Of a stretch of 64,000 bases of DNA, positions 56,861 through 64,000 are shown in pieces; within the stretch, counting starts at the first letter, position 1, and each line of letters starts with the position of its first letter. The position numbers were made by a program, and so were the translations under genes. Below the pieces are notes generated by a model. That model searched no databases. It was not told the DNA's origin and saw nothing but the letters and a program-made list of their open reading frames with translations. The stretch is from an uncultured Clostridium sp. (GTDB lineage Bacteria > Bacillota > Clostridia > TANB77 > CAG-508), in NCBI GenBank assembly GCA_947064765.1, contig CAMSWH010000003.1:9990-73989 (forward strand). Direction: 5' to 3'.

Positions 56861-56908
56861 TAGACATGGGGACGCAGTTTTTGTCTAAAACCTTCGTCCC
56901 TGCATCTA
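56861..56908. repeat. REPIN-like element, copy D (full left arm, truncated or diverged right arm)
   Basis: TAGACATGGGGACGCAGTTTTTGTCTAAAA followed directly by CCTTCGTCCCTGCATCTA. Confidence 0.6.
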
Positions 56909-57008
56909 TATCAAAAAAGAAAACGTCCATATACCAACCTAAAGTTAGCACATGAACGTTATATAATTTGCTAAAATCTATATAAATTTAATTTATATAC
57001 AAAAATTA

Positions 57009-57686
57009 TTAAACAACTTCTGCTTCAACCTTTTCTTCACTTTCATTTTCTTCTTTATTTGCAATTTCCATACTTGCAATTGAAACTTCATAAGCAACTC
57101 TTGTTTCAACAGTTCCATCTTCAAATTTTTTCTCATAATTTCTTGATTGAACTCTACCTGTTATTTTTACTTCTGTTCCAACTTCCATATTTTGACAAAA
57201 TCTTGCATTTCTTCCCCAAGCTATACTTGGTATGTAATCTGATTTGTTATAAGCTCTATTTACTGCTAATAAAACATCTGCAATTTCTCTTCCAAATGGT
57301 GTTTGTCTATAAATAGGCTTTTTACAAATATAACCTATCAAAACAACTTCATTTGTAAGTTCATCTTTTTCGTCTTCTACTTCTTCTGCTTCAGTTATTT
57401 CTTTTGCAAAAACAGTTAAAATTAATCTGTTTCTTTCGTTCTCATAGTTGTTATAAGATCTAAATTGTCCCTCAACTTTTACTTTTTTTCCTACTTTTAA
57501 ATTTAGTTCTGTTAATAATCTTTCAGATATTGTAATTGGAATAATATCAACAGTTGAACTTAGTCTAATAACCTCTAAATTAAAAACATAAAATTTTTCT
57601 CCATAAATTTCATGACTGTAACTCTTATCACTTACTACCTTTCCTACTAATACTAAGTGATTATTTTCTGAATAATTTGTATTCAA
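57009..57686 (-). CDS. SSB-like protein with two tandem OB folds
   Basis: 225 aa. Each half shows the N.V.L.G........ / W....A / G..V...G pattern of SSB/PriB OB folds. Acidic linker and acidic tail, but no DDD(I/L)PF tip. Confidence 0.6.
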   Translation of the reverse strand: MNTNYSENNHLVLVGKVVSDKSYSHEIYGEKFYVFNLEVIRLSSTVDIIPITISERLLTELNLKVGKKVKVEGQFRSYNNYENERNRLILTVFAKEITEAEEVEDEKDELTNEVVLIGYICKKPIYRQTPFGREIADVLLAVNRAYNKSDYIPSIAWGRNARFCQNMEVGTEVKITGRVQSRNYEKKFEDGTVETRVAYEVSIASMEIANKEENESEEKVEAEVV

Positions 57687-57918
57687 TTTTCGTTCCTCCT
57701 TAAAATTTATCTACTGTATTTCATATAATGTTTTATCTATTTTCCGTTTTTTCCCTAAAACACTTATAGTATAACACATTTTTTAACCTTTGTCTACATA
57801 AAATTGGATATTTTTTATCTTTTTTACAACTTTTGTTATATTTTATTTAAAAATATTGGCTTTTTATAGTGTTATATTAGTAAACTTATTATTTGTAACT
57901 TCTTTAAATTTATGTTAA

Positions 57919-59281
57919 TTAGTTATTAGAAGATACATACTTTTTAAATAAATTACCTCTTTCTTCAAAATTTTTAAAATATCCATAACTAGATGCCGCT
58001 GGAGAAAGCAAGCATACCATTCCCTTTTTAGTTACTTCTTTAGCAATCTTTACAGCCTCTTCTAGTTCATTTGTAAATTGTATATTTTTATCAGAATCTA
58101 TTAATCCATCCCTAATATATTCCCCTGTTTTTGGAAGACATATAATATTTTCAATACTACTATCTTTTAAAGCATTTATTAATTCTTGAAGATTAACTCC
58201 TCTATCTTTACCACCTACAATAATTGTATTAATATTTTTTATAGCTTTCATATCACTTATAGTTGCTTCTGGTATCGTTGCAATTGAATTATTATAATAA
58301 TCTATACCATCAAAATTTCCCACAAACTCCATTCTATGTTCTAATGGTTTGAAGGTCTTTATTGTATCTACAGTTTTATCCATATCTAAATTTAAAATAT
58401 CACACACTGCAAAAATAAACATTATATTGTTAATATTGTGTTCACCTTTAAGATTTATCTTTTCATTAATATCCATAACTTTTTTACTATTACAATATAT
58501 GAAATTATTTTCTAAAAATACACTATTTTTTGTATTAGGTTTTTGAGTAAAAGAAACTGCATAATCATTTGGTTTATAATTAAAATTATATTTTCTCATA
58601 AATTCATTATCAAAATTATAAATTAAGTAATCACTACTTTTTTGATATTTAGCTAAATTATATTTTGCTTCTATATATTTTTCTAAAGATTTATAATGGT
58701 CTAAATGCTCCTCAAAAATATCTAAAATTATTCCAATATTCGTAGATTTTTTTACAAACTCTAGTGCATGTGATGAAAGTTCTATAACTCCTATACTATC
58801 TTTTGTAAAGCTTTCTATATCATTAAAAATTGGTTCACCTATATTTCCTAAAAGAAAAGCATCTTTTTGCTGATCTATTAATATTTTATACATTAAAGAT
58901 GTTGTTGTACTTTTCCCCTTAGTTCCTGTTATCCCTATTGTAAATATAGGAACATACTCTAAAAACAATTCTAACTGACTTGTAATTTTATCTTCAAATT
59001 TTGAAATGTCTATATCTTTTAATGAAATTCCTGGAGCTTTTAGAATTAGATCATATTCTTCAATTCCATTTAAATAATTTTCCCCGCACTGATACTTCTA
59101 AATTAATATCTTCCATTAATTCTGGTTTGTTATCTAATAAATCTATTTTTTTATCAGCTATAAATATTTTTTTATCTGGAAAATTATTTCTTAAAAATCT
59201 ATAACTAGATTCCCCTTCCATTCCAAATCCTAAAATAACTATATTTTTATTTTCTAAATAGTTTAATAATTTTTCTAACAT
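57919..59281 (-). pseudogene. murD: UDP-N-acetylmuramoyl-L-alanine--glutamate ligase (MurD), interrupted by a +1 frameshift near 59086
   Basis: The N-terminal 73-aa ORF (59060-59281, NIVILGFGMEGES...) and the C-terminal ORF (GITGTKGKSTT...) are in different frames. The second frame reads GENYLNGIEEYDLILKAPGISL... from 59085 downward, continuing the protein. Confidence 0.75.
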
Positions 59282-59395
59282 CTATTCTCCTTCTATTTTT
59301 AACAATAATAAAATTAAAATATAATTTTATAAAATACCAGAAAAGTATTTATTTAATTTAATAGTTTTATAGTAATTAATATTTTTCAAAAATAT

Positions 59396-60748
59396 CTATT
59401 TTATTAAAGTTTTTAATTTATTTTTTAATATATCTTCAAATTCTTTTGGAATATTATTATTATCATTATAATATGTTAATAAATTTTCTGTAGATAATTC
59501 AAAATTGTTTTTGTAATATTCTAATAAAAATGGTAATTCTCTATTACATTTTTTTATTGTTTCAGTTATAGCAAATCTAATTTCACTATAGGTTCCTACA
59601 CATTCGAATGGTTTAGTTTCCCCATATCCACAAAGCTCTATAAATGTTTTTAATAAATCTTCTCTTTCAAATAAATCTTCTCCAAAAATATTTACAAGTT
59701 TTTCTTTATATAAAAATGGACTTAAAATTGTATATACAAACAAACACTTTGGACAATTACAGCACCATTTCCAAGGCACTGATTTACTTCCAACATTGCA
59801 ACTTTTAAATACTTGATGATACTCTTCTATATTAGAAAATAACATTGCAATTTGTAGTTCACTTATAGGTCTTAACATACTAAAATATTCCACATTAGTT
59901 TTTAAAACTTTTTGTCCATATTCCCTAAAATCATTTTCAAACTCAATAGTTTTCGAATATTGATGATTTATATTCTCACCTTCTACATTAGTTTCATTTG
60001 CACTATCCTCATTTGATAATGCTATATATTTTTTTCCTAATAAATATGAACATAAGTAAGTTAGAAACGCAACAATTGCAGAAAATGGTGTGTGACCATT
60101 TAAAAATCCCTTACCATTTAAATCTAATAAATTTTTATCTATAGTTCTTTTTACTTCAATTATTTCTTCATTACTAAAACCGGCTACTTTTGCACATCCT
60201 TCTGATACACTATTACTTCCTATACGAAAGGCAAGAGAATCTTTTTTATAATCTTTTAACAATTCTAAAGTAACATTAGAATCTTTACCACCACCAACAG
60301 GAATAATTATTCCTCTTAGATCATCTTTTGAATCTGACACTTTAATTTCTTCACCTTCAGAAATAAATTCTATCCAATCTTCATTAGATATATTGATATT
60401 ATTAATATATCTAAATTCTCCAAGACCAACATAAAATAATTTTTTAAACCAAGCTTCTTGAAAATTATTTAATTTTCCACATTTTATAAAAAATTGTGGA
60501 GAGCATGTTGCTTTAAAGTAACTAATTGCTTCTACCATTCCCATGCTAAAAACAATATTTTTTACAGTATCAGAATTTATATCTTTAAATTTAAAATTCT
60601 TTTTTAAAATTTCTACTTTAGGATTAAACTTTGACAATTTTTCAATTTCAAATTCATATTCTATATAAATTTTATTCTCATCTTCAAATATTTTATAATT
60701 ATTATATAAAAATTTTGGATACTCTTTTCTTAAAAACTCAATTTCCAT
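59396..60748 (-). CDS. 450-aa PP-loop ATP-pyrophosphatase-like protein; candidate MurL-type UDP-MurNAc-L-Ala-L-Glu epimerase
   Basis: IIPVGGGKDS PP-loop and C-terminal Cys cluster CNVGSKSVPWKWCCNCPKC. Lies immediately upstream of murD. The MurL assignment is an inference from neighbourhood and my memory of that family. Confidence 0.45.
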   Translation of the reverse strand: MEIEFLRKEYPKFLYNNYKIFEDENKIYIEYEFEIEKLSKFNPKVEILKKNFKFKDINSDTVKNIVFSMGMVEAISYFKATCSPQFFIKCGKLNNFQEAWFKKLFYVGLGEFRYINNINISNEDWIEFISEGEEIKVSDSKDDLRGIIIPVGGGKDSNVTLELLKDYKKDSLAFRIGSNSVSEGCAKVAGFSNEEIIEVKRTIDKNLLDLNGKGFLNGHTPFSAIVAFLTYLCSYLLGKKYIALSNEDSANETNVEGENINHQYSKTIEFENDFREYGQKVLKTNVEYFSMLRPISELQIAMLFSNIEEYHQVFKSCNVGSKSVPWKWCCNCPKCLFVYTILSPFLYKEKLVNIFGEDLFEREDLLKTFIELCGYGETKPFECVGTYSEIRFAITETIKKCNRELPFLLEYYKNNFELSTENLLTYYNDNNNIPKEFEDILKNKLKTLIK

Positions 60749-60958
60749 AGTATACTCCTTCCAAAATTATCCTATTCATTATAATTTAGTTTTGTTATAA
60801 ATATTTACCTATTTAAACTATAATTCTTAGATTATAAATATACACCTATTTTATATTTTTGTAAATATTAAGAAATAAATAACCATTTTCAAATAAAAAT
60901 CATAAACTTTATTATGACAATAATTATTGTTTAAATAATTTTGAAAGGATAAAATATT

Positions 60959-61393
60959 ATGGAATTTGAAAAAAAAGTTATCGTTGATGTTGATGGTGTT
61001 ATAGAAAAAGGAAAACAATTTGACTTAGATTTAAGATTACCAGAAGATGATAGAAATGTTGTTTATGGAATTATAAGAGATTGTCATGGTGATCCAGTTT
61101 GTGATGCCGTTGTAAAATTAGTAGAAGTTTGTAAAGATGAGAGAAAACCAGTTTCTCACACTTTCACAGATAAAGAAGGTGAATTTGTTTTTGGTCCACT
61201 TTGCCCAAACAAATCTTATGCTATAGAAATATGGGTAAACAGAGTAAAACACATCAAAATATGCAAAGTATGTGATCATGAAGGAAAATGCTTAAAAGGT
61301 GTTGATTTATACTGTGATAAAGATATGATGCCAGATCATAAAAAAAGATATGATGAAGAAGAAAAAGAAGAATCTTGCGGTTGCGAAGAATAA
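60959..61393 (+). CDS. 144-aa protein with a carboxypeptidase-regulatory-like (beta-sandwich) domain and Cys-rich acidic tail
   Basis: GIIRDCHGDPVCDAVVKLVEV....TDKEGEFVFGPLCPNKSYAIEI fits the G.V.D..G.P...A.V.L....TD..G.F.F..L pattern. The tail is ...EEEKEESCGCEE. Confidence 0.5.
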   Translation: MEFEKKVIVDVDGVIEKGKQFDLDLRLPEDDRNVVYGIIRDCHGDPVCDAVVKLVEVCKDERKPVSHTFTDKEGEFVFGPLCPNKSYAIEIWVNRVKHIKICKVCDHEGKCLKGVDLYCDKDMMPDHKKRYDEEEKEESCGCEE

Positions 61394-61553
61394 TTTTCTA
61401 TACAATTTAATAAAATCTTCTAAATCTTTTTATTAGTAGAAAAACTCTAAAAAATAGTTTTCCTACTAAAGAATTAGAAGTTGCTATTTTAACAACTAAA
61501 ATGATTTCAGATTGATAAAAGCGAAGTTTTGCTATAAAACTTCGCTTATTTCT

Positions 61554-61697
61554 TTATACTGACATTTTAATTCTTTTAGCTATTTGTTTTCCTTTTTTCA
61601 TCATTTTCTTTTTATTTTCATCTACACCTTCTGAATACATCATCATTGTTCCAGCAGTAATTAAAGTTCCTACCATAATACCTTTTACAAAATTCAT
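61554..61697 (-). CDS. 47-aa small membrane/amphipathic peptide (MNFVKGIMVGTLITAGTMMMYSEGVDENKKKMMKKGKQIAKRIKMSV)
   Basis: Not in the ORF track. ATG 61697 after GAAAGGTGG. Downstream hairpin AAGCGAAGTTTT...AAAACTTCGCTT at 61520-61548. Confidence 0.4.
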   Translation of the reverse strand: MNFVKGIMVGTLITAGTMMMYSEGVDENKKKMMKKGKQIAKRIKMSV

Positions 61698-61780
61698 AAT
61701 TTATACCACCTTTCTTTTTTATTACTAAAAGAAGACTTTAGTTTACTAAAATCCATTCTTGCAAAACTATTTATTATTAA

Positions 61781-61918
61781 AGAACAAATCTGAAAAATTA
61801 AAGATTTTTTCAGTAAATTTGTTCACGTACCAATTTTACTTTGTAAAATTGATGTATAAATATCACTAAAGCCTTTATTTTATAAGAAGTGTAAAGCACT
61901 TTTATATAAAATATAAAA
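61781..61918. repeat. multi-hairpin element family X, copy 3
   Basis: P1 GAACAAAT/ATTTGTTC (perfect), P2 CTGAAAAAT/ATTTTTTCAG, P3 CAATTTTAC/GTAAAATTG (61831-61851), P4 GAAGTG.../CACTTT.... Confidence 0.6.
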
Positions 61919-61932
61919 ATCTTCTTTTAATA

Positions 61933-62322
61933 CTATCTAATTTTATTATCTTCTTTTTTCTTTAATATATACTTCTTAAAAAATGAATAAATTTCAAAAA
62001 TTGCTATACAAAGTAAAAAAATTCCAAAATATTTTTTTAGCGAAGAATTATCTATTTTAAAAGAAAGTTTGCTTCCTAAAATAGCTCCTATAATTCCTGC
62101 TATAATTATAATAAATGACATCTTATAATTTATCGTTTTATTTTTTACATTCATACAAATTGCTGTTATTGACGTAGGAATAAAAAATATAAGATTAGTT
62201 CCTTGAATTAAATGTTGATCCATACTTGTAAATATTCCCAATAATAAAATTAATATTGTTCCTCCTCCCATTCCTAAAGCTGCAACAGTTCCAGAAAGGG
62301 TCCCGATTAAAATCTCTTTCAT
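61933..62322 (-). CDS. TauE/SafE-family half-size membrane protein (C-terminal-half type)
   Basis: 129 aa, 4 TM, G-rich first helix (GTVAALGMGGGTILILLL). Confidence 0.7.
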   Translation of the reverse strand: MKEILIGTLSGTVAALGMGGGTILILLLGIFTSMDQHLIQGTNLIFFIPTSITAICMNVKNKTINYKMSFIIIIAGIIGAILGSKLSFKIDNSSLKKYFGIFLLCIAIFEIYSFFKKYILKKKEDNKIR

Positions 62323-62466
62323 ATTCCCTCTTTATCATAGTTAAATTTTACCTAAAATTTAATATTATAGTTTTCACATAATATATCAAATTCTTTTTAA
62401 TTTTTAAATTAAGATAACTTTTTTATTATATTTACAAACTTCTTTATAAACTTAATTTTCTATTTT

Positions 62467-62823
62467 TTAAATAATCATTTTTATTCCAGCATAAATTAAA
62501 AAAATAACAAATAATATTCTTAAAATATTTTTGTTTAAATTTATAAGTAACTTTGATCCAATATATCCGCCTATAACTCCGCCAATTGCACACTTTCCTG
62601 CAATCCACCAATCAATAGAATTTTCTTTAAAATAAAAAAAACTACTGGTTAAAACCATAAAAAAAATACACATTATTGTAGTAGCTCTAGCAGTTACTTC
62701 ATTTTCTTTTAATAAAAAAGTCATAAATGGAACAAGAATAAGCCCTCCACCTGCTCCAAAAAATCCACTAATCATTCCTGCAAAAAATCCAGCAATTATA
62801 CATAAAAAAATACTCTTTTTCAT
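62467..62823 (-). CDS. TauE/SafE-family half-size membrane protein (N-terminal-half type)
   Basis: 118 aa, 4 TM, GFFGAGGGLILVPF motif. Confidence 0.7.
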   Translation of the reverse strand: MKKSIFLCIIAGFFAGMISGFFGAGGGLILVPFMTFLLKENEVTARATTIMCIFFMVLTSSFFYFKENSIDWWIAGKCAIGGVIGGYIGSKLLINLNKNILRILFVIFLIYAGIKMII

Positions 62824-62897
62824 AAGAGTATTTTTGACTTTTTAAAATTAATTATTCAATTTTTATAAAAATAAACATTTATAATAAATATATTTCG

Positions 62898-62995
62898 TAG
62901 ACATGGGGACGTAGATGTTGTATAAATTAATTTGATCTTAAATTTTTAACTTTTAATCAAAAATAATTTATACAACATCTACGTCCCCATGTCTA
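62898..62995. repeat. REPIN-like palindromic element, copy E (perfect 32-bp arms)
   Basis: TAGACATGGGGACGTAGATGTTGTATAAATTA (62898-62929) / TAATTTATACAACATCTACGTCCCCATGTCTA (62964-62995). Abuts the rarA stop codon at 62996-62998. Confidence 0.85.
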
Positions 62996-64000
62996 CTATT
63001 CTATATTTTCATCTTTAATAAAATACTTTGTTCCAAGCATTTTATCTGGCAAATATTGTTGTTCTACCCAATGACCTGGATAATCATGAGGATATTTATA
63101 TCCTTCACCATATCCAAATTGTTCCATTCCCTCAGCTGGCGCATTTCTTATATGCATTGGTATTGTTCCTGTATCCTTACTTGAAACATCTACTATTGCA
63201 CTATTTATTGCATTATATGTAGCATTAGACTTTTTAGAAGTTGCAACATATACAGCCGCTTCTGATAATATAATTCTGGCTTCTGGCATTCCTACCATTG
63301 CTACTGCTTGCATTGCAGACGTTGCTATTACTAAAGCATTTGGATTTGCTAATCCAACATCTTCTGCTGCAGCAATTACTATTCTTCTTGCTAAAAATAC
63401 TGGATCTTCTCCACCATTAATAGCTCTTGCTAAATAAAATACTGTAGCATCTGGATCACTACCTCTCATAGACTTTATAAAAGCACTAATATTATCATAA
63501 TGACTATCACCAGTTTTATCAAACATTGCTTTTCTTTTATTTAAACTTTGACTTGCTATTTCATTTGTTATTTCTATAACTCCATCTGAATTCATTTTAG
63601 TTGTCAAAACAGCAACTTCTAATCCATTCAATGCTGTTCTAACATCTCCACCAGAAACTTCTGCAATAGTATCTAGTGTTTCATCTGAAATTTTTATATT
63701 ATAATTTCCTAATCCTTCTTTATTCGTAATTGCATTTTTTAAAACCTTTAATATATCTTTTTTTTGAAGTGGCTCTAATTTTATAACCATTGATCTTGAT
63801 ATTAAAGCTTTGTTTACTTCAAAATAAGGATTCTCTGTAGTTGCTCCTATTAAAATTACTGTTCCATCTTCTACAAAAGGAAGTAGCGCATCTTGCTGAA
63901 GTTTATTAAATCTATGTATCTCGTCTATAAATAATATGCATTTTCCACTTGGATTTAATAATGGATTTTCTGCCTCTTCAACAGCTTTTTTTATATCTCC
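62996..64000 (-). CDS. rarA: replication-associated recombination protein A (RarA/MgsA AAA+ ATPase), N-terminus beyond the right edge
   Basis: The track ORF starts at an internal Met (63790). The frame stays open to 64000 and reads ...GKCILFIDEIHRFNKLQQDALLPFVEDGTVILIGATTENPYFEVNKALISRS (Walker B, sensor 1). The C-terminal MgsA domain is present. Confidence 0.9.
   Translation of the reverse strand, partial: GDIKKAVEEAENPLLNPSGKCILFIDEIHRFNKLQQDALLPFVEDGTVILIGATTENPYFEVNKALISRSMVIKLEPLQKKDILKVLKNAITNKEGLGNYNIKISDETLDTIAEVSGGDVRTALNGLEVAVLTTKMNSDGVIEITNEIASQSLNKRKAMFDKTGDSHYDNISAFIKSMRGSDPDATVFYLARAINGGEDPVFLARRIVIAAAEDVGLANPNALVIATSAMQAVAMVGMPEARIILSEAAVYVATSKKSNATYNAINSAIVDVSSKDTGTIPMHIRNAPAEGMEQFGYGEGYKYPHDYPGHWVEQQYLPDKMLGTKYFIKDENIE

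Noticed and set aside
14842-62995. The TAGACATGGGGACG... repeats might be a CRISPR array.
   Set aside because: The copies are 6-23 kb apart, occur as inverted pairs rather than direct repeats with uniform spacers, and no cas genes are present.

Overview
AT-rich chromosomal segment of an endospore-forming Firmicute, Clostridia-like (spoVAC/AD/AE, SpoVB-type flippase, class-3 FBPase, type IV pilus genes). I support about 65 protein genes, roughly four fifths on the minus strand. Most are housekeeping: ispH (5' part), uvrC, hpt, glmS behind a glmS ribozyme, engB, serS, gltX, RNase J, ROK glucokinase, a pilM/N-pilO-...-pilC cluster, fbp, the spoVA operon, leuS, infC-rpmI-rplT behind an L20-type leader, hup, an MMPL/YhgE/TetR module, rluB, rluD, lspA, a Na/Pi transporter, a frameshifted murD next to a PP-loop MurL-like gene, and rarA (5' part off window). 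I saw no rRNA, tRNA, CRISPR array, transposase, integrase or canonical defence system. Five things are not explained by ordinary annotation. (1) A complete T-box leader, apparently with a Ser specifier, drives a Dcd-like::DUF1653 fusion with degenerate catalytic residues, then two stand-alone DUF1653 genes, and only then serS. (2) A REPIN-like long-palindrome family has 5 copies, all just 3' of genes. (3) A second family of about 135-165 nt multi-hairpin elements has 3 copies with compensatory base-pair changes, so it is a candidate structured RNA. (4) Several small, visibly GC-richer monocistronic islets are wedged between core operons: a metallothionein-like Cys-rich peptide, a pair of paralogous ~100-aa orphans, a 67-aa orphan, a 105-aa orphan and a 413-aa secreted orphan. 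(5) An orphan membrane-anchored VirD4/TraG-like ATPase and a Replic_Relax-like protein sit in core context. All functional calls rest on motif recognition by eye. No database search was run, and coordinates of non-ORF features may be off by 1-2 nt.
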